Shown piece by piece: positions 46,186 through 55,715 of a DNA stretch of 64,000 bases (position 1 is its first letter; the number at the start of each line of letters is the position of its first letter). Source of the stretch: Candidatus Uhrbacteria bacterium (GTDB taxonomy: Bacteria; Patescibacteriota; Patescibacteriia; JACQRZ01); assembly GCA_016186045.1 (NCBI GenBank), contig JACPMJ010000005.1, positions 7,143 through 71,142 on the forward strand. The letters are read 5' to 3'. The notes under the pieces are model-generated. The model saw only the letters and a program-made list of their open reading frames with translations, did no database searches and was not told the origin of the DNA. The position numbers were made by a program, and so were the translations under genes.

Positions 46186-48611
46186 CCACGATACTCAAAT
46201 ACAAGTTGAGCGTGCTCTGCGTTTTTTGTGTATCGAGAAAGAACGTAGCCGTGTGCCAATGGGGCGAATATCTCCTGCATTATACGGGGATCGAATAGAT
46301 CACGCGTGTCTACTTCAAATGCGATTATCGATTTTTTTTCGGCAATTTGCTCTGATATGTCGAGCAGTGAAAAAGAAAGGAGCGGCGACGGAAATTCCGG
46401 CTTTGATCTTGATTTGATTTGCCGATCAATAATAAGAACGCCGTCCTGCTCTTCTTTATCATAATGGAAACTAACTCCCTCGAATTTTGCCTGCTCGATA
46501 TAGGAGGCGGCAATATCTTTCCACACCGATGTCTTTCCACGAATTAATGCGTCTTTTGACTCCTTCTCCAGCGCCTGCATAATAATAGAAGGATAGAATC
46601 CCGACCCTCTGTATGCAGTCTCGAAAAACAACGCGCTCCAAAATTTTTCATGCGGTGCCGTGTCGGTGAACACCGCCGATCCGATAAGAGGTTTCGGAGT
46701 TTTATCTTCTCGCAAAATCACATAAAAACGGCTTTTATTTTCCGGATCATTTACCCGCGCGTCCAGCTCTGCAAGAAGGCGGTCAACTTTTGCATTGTCG
46801 CCCCACTCTTTGCGCAGACTTTTCTCGTACCCCGCATGCACCATTCTCGTTATTTCTTTATGGGTGCGCATTTCTTTGGAGGTAAACTCATGCAAGTGGA
46901 ATAGTTTTACGTCTTCTAGGTCGATATGCTCCCCTTTCAGTGCCGCAACCCCCGCGCAGATCATAGACGCCTGCTCGTCAATCATTTCCAGGTCTGCTAA
47001 CAACTCTTTTTGATTCTTTTTTTTCACTGCTCCATGCAATAATTCTTTGCCGCGAGCAAGGAGATTGACAGTGAATGCACGCACAACTGGTTCTGCTTTC
47101 GGGCCTCCTCCAAAATTTTCTCGAAGATAATCAGCCGCGCGGTAAGCTGTCTGGGCGATTTTCGCGTATTTCTGAAAGAGTGGTGCTGCCGCATTTCCAA
47201 ATCGCCTCCCGATATCAATAAGTTTTGCGCCAAATTCTAGATCTCCTTCAGTTGCAAGAAGCGAAGTAAGCGCGTCATTGCCAAATTGTTTTACAAAATC
47301 TCTCATGGAAAGAGCGTGCATAATATCTTGCTGACTAAAAAAACTTAAAAAATTACGTTGCACCCACAATGGCTGATGATTTAATGTAATACCGAAATGA
47401 TTTTCAATAATCTCGCGCATCTGCAGACACATAAGATACGAATATTCATCGTATGACGCGGGATCAAAAGAAGCGGCTCCAGGATGCAGTGCAGTAAAAA
47501 AATCCTCCTTCGCTAATGGGTAATGGGGAGAATGGCCCCTCTTCTCTGCGAAGGAAAGAATATTTACTTCTTCCCCAGGGAATAAGTGCGATATATAGTT
47601 TCGAAGCCACACTTCCAAATGAGGGGACATCATGATTGCGGCAGTGGCATTGGCTTTCGCTGCGTTCAGCGCTTCGTAATCCTCATCAGTAGCAAAAAAA
47701 ATCGCAGACATTCTCCCTGTTTTCTGATATTCAGCGATATAGTGCGGCGCGAGCTGATAATAGTGTGCGTTTGGATTGTTATCTTTTCCAATAAGATAAC
47801 CACTCTCATTTTCTTCTTTGAAATGTTTTACCCGATAACGTTCAAAAGAATCGATGTGACACCTTTTGCCACCGATCTCCTTACCCTCGATAAAATAACC
47901 AAGCTGCAAATAGCGACCATAAATAAGAAAATTGCTATTTCTATGACGCGCCATAATATCGGCAATTCCGTAAAATTTCTTAGCACACTCGCTTTGGATA
48001 TCATGTCTGTCTTGGGGTAGAGATGCAATCAAGGCGCTGCTATAATGTTCAAAAAAATCGAGAATCTTATGGGAAAGCACATTGGCATACGGCCGATTAA
48101 TGAGCTGCAGTAATATAAAACCCTTTGATGCAGACGGCGATAACGAGTCGAACGGATATAATACTTCCTTGTTAACCTGCAAAAGCTCACCAGATGCTTT
48201 ATTATCTGCTCGATATTGGGACGCTACTCCAAGAAGTGTAAGGAGAGAAAGAGAGAGTTTTGTATTGGGTTGTATTTGATTCGCGATTTCAGCCTCAAGG
48301 CTCCTGATAAGCGCGGGGCGTTCTTGTTCGGGTGCATATTCAAGAGTCGCGCGGACATTACGGATAATTTCGAAAGTTTCGCTTCCATCCTGATCGATAA
48401 AAAAAATAGAGAAATCTTTTGGCAGCAATTTCATAGCATCCTCCTCCGTCGGCACCTCCTGTATCAGCTCGCAGAGCGCAATTAGCTCCTGCACGGCATG
48501 CTTAGGGAGATCGAATCCCTCTTTTCTAAATCTTGTAAATGTCTCTATTAGTTCCTGCCGAATCGACGGAGGCGTTTCTGGTAATCTTTGTGATTCGTGT
48601 TCTGATCGCAT
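46182..48611 (-). CDS. hypothetical large protein (809 aa)
   Basis: ORF only. Confidence 0.5.
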   Translation of the reverse strand: MRSEHESQRLPETPPSIRQELIETFTRFRKEGFDLPKHAVQELIALCELIQEVPTEEDAMKLLPKDFSIFFIDQDGSETFEIIRNVRATLEYAPEQERPALIRSLEAEIANQIQPNTKLSLSLLTLLGVASQYRADNKASGELLQVNKEVLYPFDSLSPSASKGFILLQLINRPYANVLSHKILDFFEHYSSALIASLPQDRHDIQSECAKKFYGIADIMARHRNSNFLIYGRYLQLGYFIEGKEIGGKRCHIDSFERYRVKHFKEENESGYLIGKDNNPNAHYYQLAPHYIAEYQKTGRMSAIFFATDEDYEALNAAKANATAAIMMSPHLEVWLRNYISHLFPGEEVNILSFAEKRGHSPHYPLAKEDFFTALHPGAASFDPASYDEYSYLMCLQMREIIENHFGITLNHQPLWVQRNFLSFFSQQDIMHALSMRDFVKQFGNDALTSLLATEGDLEFGAKLIDIGRRFGNAAAPLFQKYAKIAQTAYRAADYLRENFGGGPKAEPVVRAFTVNLLARGKELLHGAVKKKNQKELLADLEMIDEQASMICAGVAALKGEHIDLEDVKLFHLHEFTSKEMRTHKEITRMVHAGYEKSLRKEWGDNAKVDRLLAELDARVNDPENKSRFYVILREDKTPKPLIGSAVFTDTAPHEKFWSALFFETAYRGSGFYPSIIMQALEKESKDALIRGKTSVWKDIAASYIEQAKFEGVSFHYDKEEQDGVLIIDRQIKSRSKPEFPSPLLSFSLLDISEQIAEKKSIIAFEVDTRDLFDPRIMQEIFAPLAHGYVLSRYTKNAEHAQLVFEYRG

Positions 48612-48810
48612 AGACTATGTTTAACGACTCAAAAGAAAGATTTTTCTGATACTCACATAGTATCATACATATTTCTCCAAAACAATTTTATTGAGACATA
48701 TCGGTAACACTGGGAGAGTCGCCAGACTCTACTACCTAACGTATCTCATTTTTTACAGCGGAAACCTATGAAAAACTAAAATACCCGCAGAATATGCGGA
48801 TATTTTAAGT

Positions 48811-48883
48811 GGGTTCTCGGGTCAAGCCCAAGCCTGTCCTCGGACTTGATCCGAGGAATGGCGCATATATCGGGAATGACAAG
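48811..48883. repeat. palindromic family member (GGGTTCTCGGGTCAAGCCC...CCTCGGACTTGATCCGAGG...GGGAATGACAAG)
   Basis: Hairpins read directly; sits between tsf stop and the 809-aa gene. Confidence 0.6.
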
Positions 48884-48887
48884 ATAT

Positions 48888-49472
48888 TTACAACGCGAAA
48901 CGGCTGAAGCGATGTATCTGGATATTTTCCCCTGTTTTCGCAATCATCTGCGTAAGAAGTTGTTCTACGGTCTGTGAGTCATCTTTTACGAATTGTTGTT
49001 TTAAGAGACAGACCTCCTGATAATATTTTGCAACTTTTCCAGTGAGAATCTTTTCAAGAATTTCCGGTGGTTTTTTCTCTCCCACCATTTGATCGCGGTA
49101 GATTTCTTTTTCTTTCTCAATAAGTTCTGCGGGTACTTCTTCAGTACGTACATAGAGCGGATTCATGGCCGCGATCTGAAGCGCGATATCATGGGCGAAA
49201 TCCTTAAACTCATCGGTGCGCGCCACAAAATCCGTCTCACAGAGAAGCTCTACGAGAACGCCTACTTTGCCGTTTGGATGGATGTATGAAAGGATAAGCC
49301 CTTCTTTTGTGGATCGGTCTTGTTTGTTTGCGGCAACCTTTTGTCCTTTTTTTCGTAAAAATTCTACCGCCTGTTCATAATTTCCGTTCGCTTCCTCTAA
49401 TGCCTTTTTACAATCTACAATGCCGGCGCCGGTTTGTGTGCGAAGCGTAGTGACAAGCTTTGGGTCGATCAT
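48888..49472 (-). CDS. tsf: elongation factor Ts
   Basis: MIDPKLVTTLRTQTGAGIVDCKKALEEANGNYEQAVEFLRKKG UBA-like N-terminus. Confidence 0.9.
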   Translation of the reverse strand: MIDPKLVTTLRTQTGAGIVDCKKALEEANGNYEQAVEFLRKKGQKVAANKQDRSTKEGLILSYIHPNGKVGVLVELLCETDFVARTDEFKDFAHDIALQIAAMNPLYVRTEEVPAELIEKEKEIYRDQMVGEKKPPEILEKILTGKVAKYYQEVCLLKQQFVKDDSQTVEQLLTQMIAKTGENIQIHRFSRFAL

Positions 49473-49496
49473 ATACCTTTATATTTATCATTTAGA

Positions 49497-49666
49497 GGAA
49501 GTGGGAGATTTTTTATGTTTATATTAGCGGAGATTCAATGAGAAATAGGCGTGGTGAGTAGTAAAAATCAATTGTTTGAGCGAAGCGAGTTTTGATTTTT
49601 ACGTTATAAGACGCGCAATATTTCTTTGAATCGGAGCGTCATAAACATAAAAAATCTCCCACTTCC
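49497..49666. mobile_element. MITE-like element copy 2 (170 bp, perfect 26-bp TIRs GGAAGTGGGAGATTTTTTATGTTTAT) between tsf and rpsB, opposite orientation to copy at 4104-4269
   Basis: Perfect inverted repeats 49497-49522 / 49641-49666. Confidence 0.75.
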
Positions 49667-49673
49667 CGTCCCG

Positions 49674-50555
49674 TTACTCATCTTCGCTTTCCGGCCGGAG
49701 ATTCGCCGGAAGCTCTTCTACCTCTTCCTCTACTACGCCCGCCTTTGGCTCGGGAGAAATCGGGGCCTTTTGAGTATCTGGAGCTACTTCGGGAGAAGCA
49801 GGTATTTCTGTTATAGATGTGGGTGCGGCAACTGCTTTCACTGCTTGTGCGGTTGCTTGATCTTTTACTCGCTCTGCCTTTCCTTCTCGTATCGCATCCG
49901 CGAGTGCGCCAGTGATAATATCAATGGATTTTATCGCATCATCGTTTGCCGGAATAGGATAGGTGATATTTTCCGGATTTGTATTTGTGTCACATAATGC
50001 AATAACCGGGATATTGCGCTTCAGTGCCTCTCGAAATGGTGTCTCTTCTTTACGCGGATCAATGATATAAAGTGCATCCGGAAGTTTGGTAAGGGTCTGA
50101 ATACCGCCGATAAGTCCCTCTAATTCTTCGATTTTTCGTGAAAGTTCAAGTTGTTCTTTTTTTGTATATTTTTTATACTCCCCCGCCTCTGTCTTTTCCT
50201 TCATCTTGAGATAATTTTTGATCATCTTTGAAATAATGGCGTAATTGGTGATAGTTCCGCCGATCCAACGCGTATGTACATACGGCATACCGCAGGCGAG
50301 CGCGTGCTTTTTGATGATTTCCTGTGCTTGACGCTTGGTCCCTACAAAGATAATTGTTCCGCCTTGGCGCGCAATATTTTTTGCAAATATAAGCGCCTGC
50401 TCAAGATGTTCCGATGTTTTCTGAAGGTCAATAATACTAACCTCATTTTTGGAACCAAAAATATACGGTTTCATTTTTGGATTCCGCTTGGATGTTTTAT
50501 GCCCAAAATGAACTCCCGCCTTCAGCAGGTCGGGCACTGTAGGTATCTGAGACAT
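49674..50555 (-). CDS. rpsB: 30S ribosomal protein S2 (with acidic C-terminal extension)
   Basis: LLKAGVHFGHKTSKRNPKMKPYIFG. Confidence 0.9.
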   Translation of the reverse strand: MSQIPTVPDLLKAGVHFGHKTSKRNPKMKPYIFGSKNEVSIIDLQKTSEHLEQALIFAKNIARQGGTIIFVGTKRQAQEIIKKHALACGMPYVHTRWIGGTITNYAIISKMIKNYLKMKEKTEAGEYKKYTKKEQLELSRKIEELEGLIGGIQTLTKLPDALYIIDPRKEETPFREALKRNIPVIALCDTNTNPENITYPIPANDDAIKSIDIITGALADAIREGKAERVKDQATAQAVKAVAAPTSITEIPASPEVAPDTQKAPISPEPKAGVVEEEVEELPANLRPESEDE

Positions 50556-50589
50556 ACTTTGATTCTCCTTTTAGCCTCTACCCTTTGCT

Positions 50590-50625
50590 TCATCCGGCTC
50601 CGCCAGTTGGCGGACGGACAAGGAG
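50590..50625. repeat. palindromic family member (core CCGCCAGTTGGCGG 50600-50613) in rpsB/rpmE divergent region
   Basis: Read directly. Confidence 0.6.
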
Positions 50626-50974
50626 ACACTGGAACACTTGTGATATAGTTTCTCGTAGCGAAATGATGATTTTTTGAGCGAAAACAATGAAGCGTGAGGA
50701 GGTGAATAGAAGCCTATTCATTGACGAGCGGTGAATTGTTTGCAGCCAAAAAAGCATCATTGCAGTAGAGAGGGCTGTATCACAAGTGTTCCAAAGGGCA
50801 TGAGAGATGAGTAAATAAACGATGGGATGAGTATATCATATCCTCAAAAACATTCAAGCCCCTTGATAAATTGTCTTATTCTTTGTATACTTTTGACATT
50901 TTTTATTCCATCTTGACATGAAAAACATTTTTTGACATACTTATTGAAATAGTTTCACTTATTACTCTCTTTAT

Positions 50975-51268
50975 ATGAAAAAAGACATACATCCTGAATA
51001 CTTTACCGATGCAAAAATCACCTGTGCCTGCGGACACAGCGCGGTGATGGGTTCCACGCAAAAAGCAGTGTTTGTTGAATTGTGCAGTACATGCCATCCT
51101 TTTTATACCGGAAAGCAAAAACTTGTAGATACTGCCGGTCGTGTTGAACGTTTTCAGAAGCGTGCGGCAAAAAAAGATGCGGCGGCAACTGCTCGAAAAG
51201 GAAAAAAGATAAAAAAAGTTGCGGCAAAAAATAGAAAGAAAGAAAAAGAGGAATCCGTAGAAGAGTAG
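50975..51268 (+). CDS. rpmE: 50S ribosomal protein L31 (Lys-rich C-terminal extension)
   Basis: [22 protein letters not shown]...[10 protein letters not shown] zinc ribbon. Confidence 0.85.
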   Translation: MKKDIHPEYFTDAKITCACGHSAVMGSTQKAVFVELCSTCHPFYTGKQKLVDTAGRVERFQKRAAKKDAAATARKGKKIKKVAAKNRKKEKEESVEE

Positions 51269-51345
51269 CTTTATGGGAAGAACCATCGCGTCGATATGAA
51301 CAGAAGCGATGGTTTTTTATTGCGATATACTGTAATCTATACTAT

Positions 51346-52431
51346 ATGCAATTCAGTGAACACATTCAATCATTACGTATCCGGTTAAAAGAATTGGAGG
51401 TACAGCTTTCACAGCCCGCGATCGCCGCTGACGCAAGCGCGTTTATTTCCTATTCCAAGGAATACAAAGAAATTCAGGACGTATTACAGGTGGCAGATCG
51501 TGCGGAAGATCTGGAAAAGCAAATTTCGGATGCGAAAGAAATTATTGCAAGCGGACAAGATGACGAGCTTACGGCAATGGCACAAGAAGAGCTTGTAGTA
51601 TATGTTAAGGAGCTTGAAAAAGCAGAGGCGGACATACGTGAATATTTCCAGCCGGCAGATCCCATGGATAAGCGGGATGTTATCGTGGAAATTCGGGCAG
51701 GCGCCGGCGGTGATGAGGCGGCGTTATTTGCGGGAGAGCTTTTCCGGATGTATAGTTTATATGCGGAAAAAAGAGGATGGAAAACACGGCTTATCAGCGC
51801 AAGTCGTATCGGCATAGGGGGACTCAAAGAAGTTATTTTTGAAATCGTTGGTACAAGCGCCTACCGTTTCCTTAAATACGAGAGTGGTGTACATAGAGTC
51901 CAACGTGTGCCGGAGACGGAAAAAAGCGGTAGCGTGCATACCTCTACCGTCACCGTCGCGGTACTGCCGGTAGCGGAAGAAATTGATATAAAGATTGATC
52001 CAAAAGATCTCCGCATTGATACATTCTGTTCCGGCGGAGCGGGCGGACAGTCTGTAAATACGACATACTCCGCGGTTCGTATTACCCATATTCCGTCGGG
52101 TGTTGTGGTAAGTTGCCAAGACGAGCGCTCACAGCTTCAAAACCGCGAGCGGGCACTATCTGTCTTGCGCGCACGGATTTTAGCCGCCGAGCAAGAAAAA
52201 CAAAATAAAGCGCTCTCTGCGCAACGCAAAAAGATGGTAGGCACCGGAGACAGATCAGAAAAAATCCGCACGTATAATTTTCCACAAAGCAGGATCACTG
52301 ATCATAGGATAAAACAAAGTTGGCACACCATGACTGACATTTTGAATGGAAATATTGATGAGATGGTTGAGGCGCTTACCGTTGCAGATCAACGTGATCA
52401 ATTTGATAATGACCAAGAGGACGATGAGTAA
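51346..52431 (+). CDS. prfA: peptide chain release factor 1
   Basis: GGQ motif [12 protein letters not shown], PxT-region, RF-1 domain order. Confidence 0.9.
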   Translation: MQFSEHIQSLRIRLKELEVQLSQPAIAADASAFISYSKEYKEIQDVLQVADRAEDLEKQISDAKEIIASGQDDELTAMAQEELVVYVKELEKAEADIREYFQPADPMDKRDVIVEIRAGAGGDEAALFAGELFRMYSLYAEKRGWKTRLISASRIGIGGLKEVIFEIVGTSAYRFLKYESGVHRVQRVPETEKSGSVHTSTVTVAVLPVAEEIDIKIDPKDLRIDTFCSGGAGGQSVNTTYSAVRITHIPSGVVVSCQDERSQLQNRERALSVLRARILAAEQEKQNKALSAQRKKMVGTGDRSEKIRTYNFPQSRITDHRIKQSWHTMTDILNGNIDEMVEALTVADQRDQFDNDQEDDE

Positions 52432-52523
52432 CGTCAGTACACAGTACTTGGTACATAGTTGTAAGTAAAAATACAACTACACAATAACTGTGAACTGACA
52501 ACTAAGAACTAAGTACTGTTTAT

Positions 52524-53081
52524 ATGATTCTTTGCGACAAAACACTTCGTGAGCTTATCCAAAAAGGTGATCTTGGTATAGATCCTCTTGGCGAAAATGC
52601 CATCCAGCCCGCATCCATAGACCTGCGGCTTGGCAATCATTTCCTTATTCTAGATGATCATCACATGGATATTATTCGTATGGATGGTGAAAGCTCGTAC
52701 CGCGAAATTGTCGCGGATTCCGTGACGATTCCTCCGCACTCATTTGTCCTTGCGACAACGATTGAATACGTACGGGTCCCCGCATATCTCACTATGGCGG
52801 TAGAAGGCAGAAGCTCTGTGGGTCGCTTGGGATTATTTATCCAAAACGCCGGATGGATTGACCCGGGATTTGAGGGAAATATCACACTTGAACTCTATAA
52901 TGCAAACTCACTTCCTATCGTACTACAGGCGGGAAGACGTATTTGCCAAGCCGTCACACAAAAGCTTGACTTTCCATCTGAACGGCCGTATGCAGGAAAA
53001 TATAAGGGGCAGAAAAATACCATTGGCAGTAGAATTTTCCGAGATAAGGAAATCACCCATGACGAAAAAAGCACTACATAA
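52524..53081 (+). CDS. dcd: dCTP deaminase (dUTPase superfamily)
   Basis: MILCDKTLRELIQKG, GRSSVGRLG, GWIDPGFEG. Confidence 0.85.
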   Translation: MILCDKTLRELIQKGDLGIDPLGENAIQPASIDLRLGNHFLILDDHHMDIIRMDGESSYREIVADSVTIPPHSFVLATTIEYVRVPAYLTMAVEGRSSVGRLGLFIQNAGWIDPGFEGNITLELYNANSLPIVLQAGRRICQAVTQKLDFPSERPYAGKYKGQKNTIGSRIFRDKEITHDEKSTT

Positions 53082-53949
53082 AAAAACACATCATCTCACT
53101 ATTTCAGACGTGCTTCTTTCCGCGATGAAGACTCTCAAGAAAAAAAAATTGCCGTCGGTCGCTCTTGATGCCGAGGTGCTTTTGGCATATACGCTTAAAA
53201 AAGATCGCGCGTTTATTCTGGCGCATCCGGAGTATGTACTTGGGGCATCAGAAATTCATACGTACCGCGCATGCATACAAAACCGTGTACATCATGTGAC
53301 GGTTGCATACATTACGGGACGACGAGATTTTTATGGACATTCTTTTTTTGTGAATAACCACGTTCTTATTCCTCGCCAAGAAACAGAATTATTGGTTGAA
53401 GAGGCTAGTATGTATCTGCGACAGCATCCGAAAAAAAAATCACTTCTCGATGTTGGGACTGGAAGCGGATGCATCGCGCTTTCTGTCGCAAAAGAAATTC
53501 CATCTCTGCAAAAAATTATCGCAACGGATGTCTCAGAAGCCGCACTGTCAGTCGCGAAGAAAAATGCGCGTGTGTGTGGATGTGAAAAACGTATCGTATT
53601 CCAAAAGGCGCATATGTTTGGCTCACTAAAAGATTCTTTTGATTGTATCGTAGCTAATCTCCCCTATCTCTCGCAAAAAGAATACGCGCAGGCAAAAAAA
53701 CTTTACCCTGAAATAGCATACGAACCGAAAGGAGCAATCTGCGCGGGAAAAACAGGGTTGGAGCTTTTTGAGCTTTTTTTTCGGCATGTTTATAGACAGC
53801 TTAATCCCGATGGAACAATATTTCTGGAAATCGGCAATGAGCAGAAACGCAGTATCCAAAGACTTGTAAAAACATATCTTCCTCAAGCTGATGTCCGCTT
53901 CGTCCGTGATTTAACAAAAAGAATACGCGTTGCCATTGTTCAAATGTAA
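53059..53949 (+). CDS. prmC: release factor glutamine N5-methyltransferase (HemK/PrmC)
   Basis: SAM motif LLDVGTGSGCIAL, substrate motif IVANLPYL (NPPY variant); follows prfA; ORF track start 52858 overlaps dcd, ATG 53059 preferred. Confidence 0.75.
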   Translation: MTKKALHKKTHHLTISDVLLSAMKTLKKKKLPSVALDAEVLLAYTLKKDRAFILAHPEYVLGASEIHTYRACIQNRVHHVTVAYITGRRDFYGHSFFVNNHVLIPRQETELLVEEASMYLRQHPKKKSLLDVGTGSGCIALSVAKEIPSLQKIIATDVSEAALSVAKKNARVCGCEKRIVFQKAHMFGSLKDSFDCIVANLPYLSQKEYAQAKKLYPEIAYEPKGAICAGKTGLELFELFFRHVYRQLNPDGTIFLEIGNEQKRSIQRLVKTYLPQADVRFVRDLTKRIRVAIVQM

Positions 53950-53994
53950 ATAAAAAATAGCCCTGTCAGGTATCAACCGTAGATGAGCTATTTT

Positions 53995-54570
53995 TTATTT
54001 ATGCTTTTTTATTTTCTGCATGACCTCCTCTATTTTCTGCTCAAATTCTTCTACGCTTCCATTATTTTCTACAACAAAATCCGCGCGCTCTTTCAAGAGA
54101 TCAATCTCTTGTTCCGGTTCCGCGTTGCTACGCTTGAGGAATTCGTCGTATGGCATCCCCGCATCTCCGGGATTTTCATCGCGTTTCACATAGCGGTCAT
54201 AACGAATTTTTTCATCTGTTTCTATAAATAAAAGAAAAAAATTATCACGCGCACGAAATATTTCCGCGTCTATCTTTCTGCGCACACCGTCAAAGATGCA
54301 TATCTCTGCGGTTGATTTTTCAATGAGTCCACCGACCGCATGCGCAATAATATTTTCTCCATATGCAGATCGAAGAAACGTGGAGAGTTTTTGCATGGTT
54401 TCTCGTGATTGCGGGATGCTAAATATGTCCAATGACGCCCGGAGAGGAGTGGATGAGCGAAAGCGCTGGGCTCCGTATTTTTTCGCAAGGTACGCGCCTG
54501 CCATTCCCTTTCCGCATCCCATACGGCCGGCAATACCAATAATAATCTTTTTGTGCATATGTTTTGACAA
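53995..54570 (-). CDS. P-loop nucleoside/nucleotide kinase family protein (dephospho-CoA-kinase/dNMP-kinase-like)
   Basis: IIIGIAGRMGCGKG P-loop at N-terminus, about 190 aa. Confidence 0.45.
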   Translation of the reverse strand: MSKHMHKKIIIGIAGRMGCGKGMAGAYLAKKYGAQRFRSSTPLRASLDIFSIPQSRETMQKLSTFLRSAYGENIIAHAVGGLIEKSTAEICIFDGVRRKIDAEIFRARDNFFLLFIETDEKIRYDRYVKRDENPGDAGMPYDEFLKRSNAEPEQEIDLLKERADFVVENNGSVEEFEQKIEEVMQKIKKHK

Positions 54571-54584
54571 GCTAAAACAGTCTC

Positions 54585-55238
54585 TTATTTCTCTTCTTCT
54601 TTCTTCTTCTTCTTCTCTTCCACCTTTATCGCGGTAACATCTTCCACCGGTTTTTCCTCAAGTTTCTTCAAATCTTCTTCAGAGATCGGCGGTGTTATGG
54701 TCGCGATAACATTATTTTTATTATCGAGCACCTCGATGCTCTTTGGCAATGTGATATCTGAAATTTTGATAACATCTTCAAATGTTGCAAGGGAAGAAAT
54801 ATTCACCTCAATTTCGTGCACCAAATCGCCCGGCAAACATCGTACGTTGAGTTCTTGTACGCTTTTTACCAATATGCCACCCAATTCCTTTATCGCCCGC
54901 GATTCCCCAATGAATTTCAATGGTATCTCGGTAGTGAGTTTTTCAGTCATATCAACCTGATAAAAATCTATATGTGAAAATTTATCAGTAAGAGGATCTT
55001 TTTGGATATCATAAATAAGCACTTTTATTGGTGGCTGACTGTCAATCACCAAGTCAATAAGTGAACTCTCCCCTGCCTTTTGAAAAACTTTTATAAATGG
55101 CACTTCTGCAATACTCACCATTTTTCCCGATACATGATGCCCATAAAGCACACCAGGAATAAATCCTTTTTCCCGCAAAGCAGAAATTTTTTTCCCTGTG
55201 ATATCGCGTGATTGCGCCTCAAGGTTAAACGTTTCCAT
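54585..55238 (-). CDS. rplY: 50S ribosomal protein L25 / general stress protein Ctc, with KE-rich C-terminal tail
   Basis: N-terminal L25 beta-barrel LEAQSRDITGKKISALREKGFIPGVLYGH. Confidence 0.8.
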   Translation of the reverse strand: METFNLEAQSRDITGKKISALREKGFIPGVLYGHHVSGKMVSIAEVPFIKVFQKAGESSLIDLVIDSQPPIKVLIYDIQKDPLTDKFSHIDFYQVDMTEKLTTEIPLKFIGESRAIKELGGILVKSVQELNVRCLPGDLVHEIEVNISSLATFEDVIKISDITLPKSIEVLDNKNNVIATITPPISEEDLKKLEEKPVEDVTAIKVEEKKKKKEEEK

Positions 55239-55281
55239 ACGTTGTTCATTCCAATAGTAAAATGATTATAACGTTTTTTAC

Positions 55282-55377
55282 TAGACCTGTTGCGAAATAG
55301 CTTCCCGGTCTCCGCCAGCTGGCGGAGGACAGAAGTGAGCCGGAAGAAATACATAATGGTATTTCGCAACAGGTCTA
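55282..55377. repeat. palindromic element with 18-bp perfect TIRs (TAGACCTGTTGCGAAATA / TATTTCGCAACAGGTCTA) enclosing core CCGCCAGCTGGCGG (55312-55325)
   Basis: Read directly. Confidence 0.75.
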
Positions 55378-55507
55378 CTATATCAAATATCTGATGTTTG
55401 TCAAACGTATATGCTCATGTGGTGGTCAGGCTTGACATTTATGCGGAATTTTATTATACTATCCGCATGTTTCCTTGACAATTTATTTGAAAGAAAAAGG
55501 AGGTGGT

Positions 55508-55681
55508 ATGTCGTACATAGGAGACAGCTGTCCCGTCTGTCGTTTTGGCGAGGTAGATGAGGGAATATGCGATCGTTGCAAGGTGGAATTTTGTCCGCTC
55601 TGTCATGGTCTTCTCCATGGCAGAATGAGTCCGAATGTGGATCCTTGCATATGCGATCGAGAACAAATCAAAGCCGTGTGA
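55508..55681 (+). CDS. small zinc-ribbon protein (57 aa, three CxxC pairs)
   Basis: AGGAGGTG RBS 6 nt before ATG 55508; CPVC...CDRC...CPLC...CIC; followed by terminator. Confidence 0.5.
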   Translation: MSYIGDSCPVCRFGEVDEGICDRCKVEFCPLCHGLLHGRMSPNVDPCICDREQIKAV

Positions 55682-55706
55682 TCGTATTCACCGGCTTTTT
55701 TATTTT
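55671..55706 (+). terminator. intrinsic terminator (AAGCCGTGTGA-TCGTAT-TCACCGGCTT + TTTTTATTTT)
   Basis: 10-bp stem with one bulge, T-run. Confidence 0.6.
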
Positions 55707-55715
55707 AAGAAAAAT

